DNA of 64,000 bases. It comes from an uncultured Clostridia bacterium. GTDB taxonomy: Bacteria; Bacillota; Clostridia; TANB77; CAG-508. Below are positions 52,832 to 62,902 of this stretch, piece after piece. Each line of letters opens with the position of its first letter. Within the stretch, counting starts at the first letter, position 1. Made by a program: the position numbers and the translations under genes. Location of the stretch: the NCBI GenBank assembly GCA_944386675.1, contig CALXBY010000003.1:17689-81688 (forward strand), in the 5' to 3' direction. The notes beneath the pieces were generated by a model. The model was given only the letters and a program-made list of their open reading frames with translations, searched no databases and was not told the DNA's origin.

Positions 52832-52962
52832 AAAAATCTCCTTATCGTTTATACATAATGTGTATTCGATAAGAAGATTTATAGAACTATAATTTTTGCA
52901 TTATAGAAAATTCTCATAAATTATAAATATGTATATGTTGTTTTTATAATAAAACATTATTT

Positions 52963-54150
52963 TTAAACTACTTTTCCGTAATTTCCTCCACCACCAGATT
53001 GGACTTTACATTCTCCGTTTCTTGCTCTTTCAATTGTATCCGCAATTTTTTCTCCTACAACCGCTTCTATATCATCTTTTGATAATTTATGAAGAATATT
53101 CATTTCTGTATCAAAATTATCTAACAATTTGGTAATTGTTTTTCCGCCAACTCCTGGTATAAATCCTAACGGAATTTGATACACATATGGTGGTCTATTT
53201 TCTGGACTTCTTGATTCTTGTTTATCTCTAATTAATTCAATTCTGTCAAAAACACCAAATGTAACATTTTTCCCTCCACAATATGGACAAACTTCTACAG
53301 GTTCTTTTGTTTCAATTGCTTTTTCACAATCATCACAATATGTTCTATGATATTTTCCAAGCTTAGGGTCTAATCCATAATTGCTAATTACTTTTCTTCC
53401 ATCTTCATTTTTTAATGCTTTAACAATTTCTTTAAAAGATATGTCTTCAACTTGCATCTTGTTATACTCTCTTGCAATTTTAGGTAAAGAATGCGCATCT
53501 GAATTAGTAACAAATGTCTTATTTTCTAATTCTGAAATCATATCTGCTAAATATGTATCTGAACTTAATCCTAATTCAACAGCAAATATTTTATCATATT
53601 TTTCTTTAAATATATATTGTAATCTATCTGTACAATTTCCATAATAACTTTTATGTGGTGTAAAAATATGTGCTGGAATTAATATACCATGATATCTTTC
53701 TACCATATCAATTAAATCATATCCTGATAAATCTGACCTTTGTGTACTTAATGTAATATTTTTTAAATGATGACTCAATTCGCTTGAAAAACCTTTAATA
53801 TCTGTTAAATGTGGAAAGAAACAAATATTATGTGCTGCACCCTTTTTTCCATTTCTTCCTTCTTCTGAAGTTTCTACCTCACTTCCTAAAAGAATACAAA
53901 CTTTATCTTTATAGATAATTCCACCATCCTCTAATTCATAAGCATCTCCTGTTTTTAAGAATCTTTCTATATCTTCTATTACATATGGTGATGCACAATC
54001 AATAATTCCTACAACATTGATTCCTTTTCTATCTGCACATTCTTTTGCAATGTTTGCAAAATTTAAAGATCTGGCAGCTGTTATTTTAATTGGTTTTCCA
54101 TTCTCACTTCTTCCTATGTGTACATGTAAATCCGCAAATATTTCGTACAT
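52963..54150 (-). CDS. PHP-domain endonuclease Q-like protein (TIGR00375 family)
   Basis: start at MYEIFADLHVHIG (PHP His motif); C-terminal CPYCGG zinc ribbon; the track's TTG-extended start is rejected. Confidence 0.55.
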   Translation of the reverse strand: MYEIFADLHVHIGRSENGKPIKITAARSLNFANIAKECADRKGINVVGIIDCASPYVIEDIERFLKTGDAYELEDGGIIYKDKVCILLGSEVETSEEGRNGKKGAAHNICFFPHLTDIKGFSSELSHHLKNITLSTQRSDLSGYDLIDMVERYHGILIPAHIFTPHKSYYGNCTDRLQYIFKEKYDKIFAVELGLSSDTYLADMISELENKTFVTNSDAHSLPKIAREYNKMQVEDISFKEIVKALKNEDGRKVISNYGLDPKLGKYHRTYCDDCEKAIETKEPVEVCPYCGGKNVTFGVFDRIELIRDKQESRSPENRPPYVYQIPLGFIPGVGGKTITKLLDNFDTEMNILHKLSKDDIEAVVGEKIADTIERARNGECKVQSGGGGNYGKVV

Positions 54151-54172
54151 TTTTTGTTCCTCTTTTCTAAAA

Positions 54173-54203
54173 GTTGCCAAAAGGGACGGGCCATTTTGGC
54201 AAC
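54173..54203. repeat. family-2 palindromic repeat (inverted orientation) in the 5' leader of the EndoQ-like gene
   Basis: GTTGCCAAAAGGGACGGGCCATTTTGGCAAC. Confidence 0.8.
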
Positions 54204-54242
54204 TTTCTTTCTATAATTAACTAATAATTTTTCCTAAAAAAA

Positions 54243-54283
54243 ATTGCCATTTTAGCCCGTCCCCTTTGGCAACTTTTGGCAAC
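54243..54283. repeat. family-2 palindromic repeat with duplicated 3' half (TTTTGGCAAC x2), terminator-like for the 54289 gene
   Basis: TTGCCATTTTAGCCCGTCCCCTTTGGCAACTTTTGGCAAC followed by T7. Confidence 0.8.
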
Positions 54284-54288
54284 TTTTT

Positions 54289-55092
54289 TTAATTGTTTTC
54301 CTTTTTTAATTTCTCACCTTGTATATTCTCTTCTGCTATATGTGCTAATATTTTTCTTGTTGTTTCTTCACTAAATAATGGCCTATTAGAATCTTTAAAC
54401 ATTTCTTTTTTTATTTCATTTCTGTATTTTTGAACAGCTTTATCTACTTTAGATTCATATTCATAACATACTTTTTTTATGAATTCTTTTATATTTTCTG
54501 ATTCATTATGTATTTTTACTAAACGTCTTAAAGATTTCATTGATGTTAAATCACTTAGTTCTACTTGTTCCATCATTTGAACAAATTCTCCAAATGTGTG
54601 TAAAAATCGATTATACTGTCCTTTCAAATTTCTGTGTTCTAATAATACCATAGCTTCATCTGGCTGAAATCCTATTCTTTCTGGTCTATCTAATAGCATT
54701 CCTCCAAATTGGTCTACTAACTCTAAGACGTCACTTTCTCTTTCTCTTGGATTGCTATTACTATATCTGTTAATTTCTTCACACATTTTACAAAACTTAC
54801 GGTCAAATCCTAATGTTAATAAATAATCTGCTCCTTCTTTTGCATATGAATGAATTTTTTCTAAATCTTGTGCATTGTCTACTTTTTTACAATTACATAA
54901 TAGACATGCTGTTAATACTAAGTTTTTGTCTACATCTATTTTCATGTAGTCTATAAACATTCTGGCAATTTCTGTTTTGAAAATAACAGATTTGTCAAAA
55001 AATATTCTTGTCTTTTTTGCTAAATAATAGGTGATTTCCATTTTAGCTGCTAAATCTTGTTCATCTAAAATGTAATTAGCAAATGTATCCAT
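54289..55092 (-). CDS. hypothetical protein (Cys-rich helical; no confident assignment)
   Basis: ORF 276 aa, probable start at MDTFANY. Confidence 0.4.
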   Translation of the reverse strand: MDTFANYILDEQDLAAKMEITYYLAKKTRIFFDKSVIFKTEIARMFIDYMKIDVDKNLVLTACLLCNCKKVDNAQDLEKIHSYAKEGADYLLTLGFDRKFCKMCEEINRYSNSNPRERESDVLELVDQFGGMLLDRPERIGFQPDEAMVLLEHRNLKGQYNRFLHTFGEFVQMMEQVELSDLTSMKSLRRLVKIHNESENIKEFIKKVCYEYESKVDKAVQKYRNEIKKEMFKDSNRPLFSEETTRKILAHIAEENIQGEKLKKENN

Positions 55093-55259
55093 ATGCTTCC
55101 TCCTTTGTTCAAGTTTCATACAATTTTATTATATATGAATAAAGGAGTTTTTTCAATATTTTTTTTGAATGTAATGGAAATGTAATATAATTTTTTAATT
55201 GTATTTTCCTGTAATATATAGTATAATACTATTTGAAAATATTCATTTAGAGGTATATT

Positions 55260-55724
55260 ATGAAACAATTAAAAATCACAACAAACAATGAAAAAGAAAC
55301 TTTAAACTTTGGAAAAAAATTAGGTAGTTTCTTAAAAAAAGGAGATACGGTTGTTCTATCTGGAGATTTAGGCTCTGGAAAGACAAAACTAACAGAAGGT
55401 ATCTTAACTTATTATGGTCTAGAAGATGAAATATCTAGTCCTACTTTTACAATTGTCAATGAATATGTAAAAGATGATATTAAACTTTTTCATTTTGATG
55501 TCTATCGATTAGAAGATTCTTCTGAATTCTATGCTATTGGAGGAGAAGAATATTTTGAAAATGGAATTTGTATTATTGAATGGGGAGAAATTATTGAAGA
55601 TGCCCTTCCAACAGAATATATACACATTCGATTTGAAAGAGATGAATCAGATGATAATTTAAGAGTTTTAAATATCATTTCTTATGGTGAAAAATATGAT
55701 GAACTATTAAATAAACTTATATAA
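55260..55724 (+). CDS. tsaE: tRNA threonylcarbamoyladenosine biosynthesis ATPase TsaE
   Basis: 154 aa; GDLGSGKTKLTEG Walker A. Confidence 0.9.
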   Translation: MKQLKITTNNEKETLNFGKKLGSFLKKGDTVVLSGDLGSGKTKLTEGILTYYGLEDEISSPTFTIVNEYVKDDIKLFHFDVYRLEDSSEFYAIGGEEYFENGICIIEWGEIIEDALPTEYIHIRFERDESDDNLRVLNIISYGEKYDELLNKLI

Positions 55725-55748
55725 ATAATTATGTATTGGAGGATCACA

Positions 55749-56885
55749 TTGAAAATATTAAGTATAGAAACTTCTAGTAAAATATGTAGTGTCGCAATAT
55801 TAGAAGATAAAAATTTAGTAAAAAAAATTGAATTAAATAATGGATTAACACATTCAGAAACATTAATGCCACTCATTAAACAAATATTAAATGAAACAAA
55901 TTTAAATTTATCTGACATGAATTTACTCGTTTGTGATATTGGACCAGGTTCTTTTACTGGTATTCGAATTGGTGTTGCAACAGTAAAAGCTTTCACTGAT
56001 AGTTTGCAAATTCCTTCTGTTGGCATTAGTTCTCTTGAAGGATTAGCTTATAATATTAAAGATGATGGTCTTATCTGTAGTATTATCGATTGTAAAAACA
56101 ACAATTGTTATTATGCTTTATATGAATTAAAAAATGATACATATACATTATTAGAAGCACCTAAAGCAGATAGCGTCCAAAATTGTTTAAATTTTTTTAA
56201 TTATAAATATGCAAATTCTAAAATCACTTTTGTTGGAGATGGCTCTATTATTTACAAAAATGTAATAGAAAATATATCTTCAAACTTTGTTTTTGCTAAT
56301 ACAAATTTTCCAGATAATGAACTTAATATGATTGATGTATATAATTTAGGAATTGCTGGAATGAATAAATATACCAAATATGGAGCAGATGAAAATCTAC
56401 TACCTCTTTACTTAAAAAAGCCTCAAGCACAAAGACAGCTAGAAGAAAAAAATATTGTTATAAAAGATATGAACATTTCTGATTTAGAAAATTTAGACAT
56501 TTCTAAATTTGATGATTTCTGGAATATCGATATTTTAAAAGATGAATTAAATAGTGAAAATTCTAAATTTGTCTGTGCCAAACTAGAAAATACAGTTATT
56601 GGTTTTGCTGGTATTAAAATTATTTTAGACGAAGCTGATATTATGAATATAGCTGTTATGAAAAATTACAGAAGACAAGGTGTTGCAACTTTACTCCTAA
56701 ATCATATCTTTAATATTTGCAAAGAAAAAAATATTGAAACCCTAAATCTTGAAGTTAATGAAGAAAATTTTTCTGCCATCTCTTTATATCAAAAATTCGG
56801 TTTTAAAGAATGTGGCAGAAGAAAAAAATATTATGATAACAAATATGATGCGATTTTAGGGACGTGCCAAATCGTTTCAAAATGA
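55749..56885 (+). CDS. TsaB (t6A biosynthesis, inactive Kae1 paralogue) fused in one frame to a RimI-type GNAT acetyltransferase; last 9 codons and stop supplied by the family-1 repeat
   Basis: TTG start with GGAGG 6 nt upstream; N-term LKILSIETSS...CDIGPGSFTGIRIG (TsaB); C-term ...AGIKIILDEADIMNIAVMKNYRRQGVATLLL... (GNAT motif A); terminal ...AIL|GTCQIVSK* read from repeat sequence. Confidence 0.75.
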   Translation: MKILSIETSSKICSVAILEDKNLVKKIELNNGLTHSETLMPLIKQILNETNLNLSDMNLLVCDIGPGSFTGIRIGVATVKAFTDSLQIPSVGISSLEGLAYNIKDDGLICSIIDCKNNNCYYALYELKNDTYTLLEAPKADSVQNCLNFFNYKYANSKITFVGDGSIIYKNVIENISSNFVFANTNFPDNELNMIDVYNLGIAGMNKYTKYGADENLLPLYLKKPQAQRQLEEKNIVIKDMNISDLENLDISKFDDFWNIDILKDELNSENSKFVCAKLENTVIGFAGIKIILDEADIMNIAVMKNYRRQGVATLLLNHIFNICKEKNIETLNLEVNEENFSAISLYQKFGFKECGRRKKYYDNKYDAILGTCQIVSK

Positions 56886-57186
56886 GACCAAAAGGGACAG
56901 ACCTATTTATATAGAAGTATAACAAAATTAAAATATTATATTTCTTAATTTATTACATTCCTCGGCTAACATTGCATCATAAAGAAAAACTAAAAGTATC
57001 TAATAGGCACCGCTCAAAATCAAGTTTTGAGATTCTCCTATTAGATACTTTAATTTTTTCTAATATGATTTCATTTGCATTCGTCATTTTATAAATTAAG
57101 AAATATAATATTTTTAATAATTTTTCTTTCTTCTAAACAGGTCTGTCCCTTTTGGTCTCATTTTGAAACGATTTGGCACGTCCCTA
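56857..57186. mobile_element. MITE-like element, family 1, full copy (~330 bp): TA + 45-bp arm ... 236-bp core with internal hairpin ... 45-bp arm + TA
   Basis: arms 56859-56903 and 57140-57184 are reverse complements (one G/A difference from copy A); TA at 56857-58 and 57185-86; right end forms the TAG stop of the S4-domain gene. Confidence 0.85.
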
Positions 57187-57987
57187 AACGTATTTTTCAA
57201 TTAATACAACTGTTCTTCCACTTCTTGTTGTTCCTGTGAATTCTTTTATAATAAATCTGCCTTTTCCTCTAATTGTAATGACATCTCCTAATTTTACTGT
57301 TTTTGAATTTTTGGTTTCATTTTGTCCGTTTATAAATACTCTTTCTTGTGCAATAATTTCTGATGCTTTACTTCTAGAGGTTCTTGCTAAATCTGATACG
57401 ATGTTATCTAATCTTAGTGATGGTACTATGATTGTTACTTCTTCTATTTTTAGTTCTAATTTTCTAACATTTTGTATTTCTTCTATTTCGATTTTAGCAT
57501 TTTCAAATCTTGTAAGAGATGGTAATTGTGTTTTTAATACATCTGCAAATTCATTTAATGTTATAATGTCTGCCCCATCTTCTCCTACGATAATATCTCC
57601 TACTTTTTCTCTTTTTAATCCTAATTTCACAATTCCACCTAAATAGTTTCTATGTGAATATTTTCCTTTTTCTTCTTCTGGTAATATGATTCTTACTACT
57701 TTTAAAATTTTGTCATAGTTTTTTTCTAACATTTTATCATCAAATTTTTCAGGATATAGTATACATATTTTTCTTTCTGCATCTTCATATCCACCATATA
57801 GTTTATAATTTTTATATTGTAGTTTTCTTAAAAAATTTTCTACTAATGATACTTGATACATATCTAAAAAATCTGTATGCTCTATCTTTTCTCTTTTTGA
57901 TGATATTTCTATTTTATCTAATACTTGTGATAAGCATAATTTATCATCTTGTTTTTTATAGTCTTTTAATAAGTCTTGTTTATTCAT
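57184..57987 (-). CDS. YlmH-like S4-domain RNA-binding protein
   Basis: 267 aa; TDFLDMYQ N-terminal motif, C-terminal S4 fold (RLDNIVSDLARTSRSKASEII); 4-nt ATGA overlap with dxs. Confidence 0.6.
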   Translation of the reverse strand: MNKQDLLKDYKKQDDKLCLSQVLDKIEISSKREKIEHTDFLDMYQVSLVENFLRKLQYKNYKLYGGYEDAERKICILYPEKFDDKMLEKNYDKILKVVRIILPEEEKGKYSHRNYLGGIVKLGLKREKVGDIIVGEDGADIITLNEFADVLKTQLPSLTRFENAKIEIEEIQNVRKLELKIEEVTIIVPSLRLDNIVSDLARTSRSKASEIIAQERVFINGQNETKNSKTVKLGDVITIRGKGRFIIKEFTGTTRSGRTVVLIEKYV

Positions 57988-59858
57988 TTTAAAGTTTCTC
58001 TCTCCTCTTCATTTTCTAACAAATCCTTTATAATGCTTTCTTCATCTAGATGATATATTTTTTCTAATTCATCAACACTTCCATGTTGAATAAATTTATC
58101 TGGATAAGCATATGCTTTTATTTTTACATCTTCTATGTTTTCATCTACTATCAATTCTTTTATAGTTGTTCCTAGTCCATTTATAATTGTTCCATCTTCT
58201 ATTGTAATTACATTTTTTGTTTTTTCAATTGATTTTTTTATTGTTTCTTTATCTAATGGCTTTAAAAATCTTATATTAATTATTTCAGCATCTATATCTT
58301 TTTCCTTTAGTTTTTTTGCTATTTTCATACCTCTTGCTACTGTTTTTCCTATTGCAAATATAGATATGTCTTTTCCTTCCTTCAATATTTCAGCTTTTCC
58401 TTCTTCTATTTTTTCATGTTTTTCAAATTTTTCCTTATCTTCTCCACCTCTTGGGTATCGAATAACAACTGGCTTTTTCAAATTTACTGCAAATTCTAAC
58501 ATATCTTCTAATTCTTGAAAATCTTTTGGTGCTAATATAACCAAGTTTGGTACTAACCTAAAAAATGCCATATCTAATATACCTTGATGTGTTTCTCCAT
58601 CTGCTCCAACAATTCCTGCTCTATCTACACACATAATGACATGTAAATTTTGAAGTGCTATATCGTGAATTACTTGGTCATATGCTCTTTGATAGAAAGA
58701 TGAATATATTGGTACAACTGGAATTATTCCATCTATTGCCATTCCTGCTGCTAAACCTAATGCATGTTGTTCTGCAATTCCTATATCAAAAAATCGTTCA
58801 GAAAATTCTTTACTAAATTTGGTAAGTCCTGTTCCATCTTTCATTGAAGCTGTTATTGCAACAATTTTTTCGTTTTTCTTTGCTAGTTCTACCAATTTAT
58901 CTCCAAATACTTTGGAATAATCTTTTCCTTTTTCTTTTTTGCCTTTTCCTGTTTCAATGTCAAAAGGTCCTGTTGCATGAAATTTATCTGGATTTTTTTC
59001 TGCAATTTCATATCCTTTTCCTTTTTTGGTTAATACATGAATTAATACAGGATTATCTATTTGTTTACTTAGTGTTAATATACTTTGTAATTCTTCTATA
59101 TTATGCCCATCAACCGGTCCTAAATACGTAAATCCAATATCTTCAAAAAACATTTTAGGAATAATTAACTGTTTTATACTTCTTTTTACTGCTTGTACAA
59201 ATTTTACAGTTGGTTTTCCTACAACAGGTATTTTACTAATTCGTTTTTTCATAATAATATTTGATCTCGTATACATCTTTTTAGCTCTTAATTTACTAAG
59301 TAGCATATTTAACCCACCAATATTTGGTGAAATACTCATTTCATTATCATTTAATATAATTGTCATTTTTGTCTTGCTATAGCCCACATCATTTAATGCT
59401 TCTAATGCCATTCCGCCAGTTAAAGCACCATCTCCTATTACTGCTAATACAGAATAGTTTCCATTTTTTAAATCTCTTGCTCTTGCCATTCCTAATGCTG
59501 CTGATATAGAGGTACTACTATGTCCTGTATTAAAAAAATCATATTCTGATTCATTTGTTTTTGGAAAACCGGCTATTCCATTTAGTTTTCTCAATGTTTT
59601 TAACTTTTCTTTTCTTCCTGTTAATATTTTATGCACATATGTTTGATGTCCTACATCCCATACTATTTTATCAGTTTTAAAATCAAATACACTATGTAAT
59701 GCAATTGTTAGCTCTACCACTCCTAGGTTAGATGCTAAATGTCCTCCATTTTCAGATACAATTTCCAATATATATTTTCTTATTTCATCTGCTAATTTTT
59801 GTTTTTCTAAAATACTTAATTTTTTCAAGTCATTTGGAAAATTTATATTTTCTAACAT
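57984..59858 (-). CDS. dxs: 1-deoxy-D-xylulose-5-phosphate synthase
   Basis: 624 aa; TPP-binding GDGALTGGMALEALN, transketolase-like domains. Confidence 0.95.
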   Translation of the reverse strand: MLENINFPNDLKKLSILEKQKLADEIRKYILEIVSENGGHLASNLGVVELTIALHSVFDFKTDKIVWDVGHQTYVHKILTGRKEKLKTLRKLNGIAGFPKTNESEYDFFNTGHSSTSISAALGMARARDLKNGNYSVLAVIGDGALTGGMALEALNDVGYSKTKMTIILNDNEMSISPNIGGLNMLLSKLRAKKMYTRSNIIMKKRISKIPVVGKPTVKFVQAVKRSIKQLIIPKMFFEDIGFTYLGPVDGHNIEELQSILTLSKQIDNPVLIHVLTKKGKGYEIAEKNPDKFHATGPFDIETGKGKKEKGKDYSKVFGDKLVELAKKNEKIVAITASMKDGTGLTKFSKEFSERFFDIGIAEQHALGLAAGMAIDGIIPVVPIYSSFYQRAYDQVIHDIALQNLHVIMCVDRAGIVGADGETHQGILDMAFFRLVPNLVILAPKDFQELEDMLEFAVNLKKPVVIRYPRGGEDKEKFEKHEKIEEGKAEILKEGKDISIFAIGKTVARGMKIAKKLKEKDIDAEIINIRFLKPLDKETIKKSIEKTKNVITIEDGTIINGLGTTIKELIVDENIEDVKIKAYAYPDKFIQHGSVDELEKIYHLDEESIIKDLLENEEERETLK

Positions 59859-59990
59859 TTTATCACCTTTTTATACCAATTTGTGTATTCCATTTTATCA
59901 CATTTCTATGTTTTTTTCTACAAATTTGTTGTATTTTTTATATCTTGTGTTAAAATATATATGAAATCAAATTATGGGAGGAATTTATAT

Positions 59991-61343
59991 ATGAAAAAAA
60001 GTGTTTTAGTTACATTATTTTTAGTTCTAATTTTAATCGCAAACCTATCTTTTGCAACTTATGAAACAGTTACAATGGAAGTTGTTGAAGAACCTGTTTG
60101 CACAATAGAAATTGGAGAAAATTCAAAATTTGAAAAAAGACTAATCGAAAAGAATTTAAATAATAAAGAAGTTACACTTCAATTACAAGTAACCAATGAA
60201 GAAACAGCTCTGCAACCTACTGGTGAAATCATGTTAGTTATTGACAACTCAAAAAGTATGGAAGATATTGTTAGTGGAACAACTACCAGAGAAGATTTGG
60301 TTGTAGAATCCGCCAAAACTTTAGTAAATACAATTTTAGATGGAAATGAAAACTTAAGAGTAGGAGTTGTTAGTTTCTCTACAAATGAGGAAGTTTCCAA
60401 AGAAGGAACAATTGAAGATGCTACATTAGTTTCTGATTTGTCTACTGATTCACAAGCATTAGTATCTGCCATTTCTAATATACAATACACTGGACCTAGA
60501 ACAGATTTAGAATCAGGATTAAGCTTAGCTAGCCAATACTTTACAGAAGAAGATAATAATAAATATGTTATTGTTTTAACAGATGGTGTTCCAAATGTTG
60601 CTTTAAATTATGACAAAGTTTATTATTCAGATGATGTTATTAATAAAACAAAAGCACAATTACAAGCTCTAGACACTGCTGGATATGATGTTATCACAAT
60701 GCTTACAGGTATTTCTAATGCTGATGATGTTCCTGCAACTAGAGATGATGATAAAACTTATGGTGACATTATAGAAGAAATTTTTGGAACTGAAACAAAT
60801 CCAACAGTTGGTAAATTCTACTATGTACAAGATAGTGAAATTGAACAAACAATCACAGAAGATATTTATAATGACTTGTTACCAATTGAAAAAGTTTTAA
60901 CAAATATTACAGTTACAGATTATTTCCCACAAGAAATTATTGATAACTTTGAATTTGCTTATGTTTCAGAAGCCAATATCGGAACAATATCAGCCCAAGT
61001 TAATCCAGAAGATAATTCTATTACTTGGACAATCCCAGAACTAAATCCTGGAGAAACCGCAACTGTTCAATATACATTAAAATTAAAAGAAGATTTTGAT
61101 AGTAGCATTGTTGGTAAACTTCTAGATACAAACGAGAAAGTAGATATTACTTACACAGATTTTGATGGTGAACAAGTTTCTGATACCTCAGATGTTACTC
61201 CAAAATTAAGACTTACAGAACCACCAGTTGAATTACCTAAAGCTGGTACACCAATTATGATAGCTTTATTTACAGTTGGTATTGGATTATTTATTTATTC
61301 ATTTGTAAAATTAACAATAACAAATAAAAATATGAAACATTAA
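59991..61343 (+). CDS. von Willebrand factor A-domain surface protein with C-terminal LPKAG sortase-type anchor
   Basis: start at MKKSVLV (GGGAGG RBS); MIDAS VIDNSKSM (DxSxS)...LTDGVP; C-term ELPKAGTPIMIALFTVGIGLFIY...KNMKH. Confidence 0.75.
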   Translation: MKKSVLVTLFLVLILIANLSFATYETVTMEVVEEPVCTIEIGENSKFEKRLIEKNLNNKEVTLQLQVTNEETALQPTGEIMLVIDNSKSMEDIVSGTTTREDLVVESAKTLVNTILDGNENLRVGVVSFSTNEEVSKEGTIEDATLVSDLSTDSQALVSAISNIQYTGPRTDLESGLSLASQYFTEEDNNKYVIVLTDGVPNVALNYDKVYYSDDVINKTKAQLQALDTAGYDVITMLTGISNADDVPATRDDDKTYGDIIEEIFGTETNPTVGKFYYVQDSEIEQTITEDIYNDLLPIEKVLTNITVTDYFPQEIIDNFEFAYVSEANIGTISAQVNPEDNSITWTIPELNPGETATVQYTLKLKEDFDSSIVGKLLDTNEKVDITYTDFDGEQVSDTSDVTPKLRLTEPPVELPKAGTPIMIALFTVGIGLFIYSFVKLTITNKNMKH

Positions 61344-61361
61344 TAAATCTTACAAGAAAAC

Positions 61362-61424
61362 AAGGTATTTAATAAAAATTTCAAAATCAAATTTGAAAAA
61401 TATTTATTAAATACCTTATTTTTG
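61362..61424 (+). terminator. long-stem terminator after the VWA gene
   Basis: AAGGTATTTAATAAA ... TTTATTAAATACCTT then ATTTTTG. Confidence 0.5.
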
Positions 61425-61451
61425 TATATAGAAAAACTTATTTTATTAAAG

Positions 61452-61482
61452 GTTGCCAAAATGGCCCGTCCCCTTTGGCAAC
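61452..61482. repeat. family-2 palindromic repeat, 3 bp after the enolase stop codon
   Basis: GTTGCCAAAATGGCCCGTCCCCTTTGGCAAC, identical to the copy at 12333. Confidence 0.85.
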
Positions 61483-61485
61483 TAA

Positions 61486-62859
<1,374 letters not shown>

Positions 62860-62902
62860 TTATTAAACTTATTTCCGTCTAATAAATTAGGTTACTTAAA
62901 TT

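Noticed and set aside
52963-54180. TTG-initiated 405-aa version of the PHP/EndoQ-like gene, and the 361..62856 extended enolase and 369-aa extended orphan ORFs
   Set aside because: These track ORFs start at TTG or upstream ATGs that would read through a family-2 repeat or lack an RBS. Internal ATGs with good RBS and conserved N-termini ([40 protein letters not shown]) are preferred.
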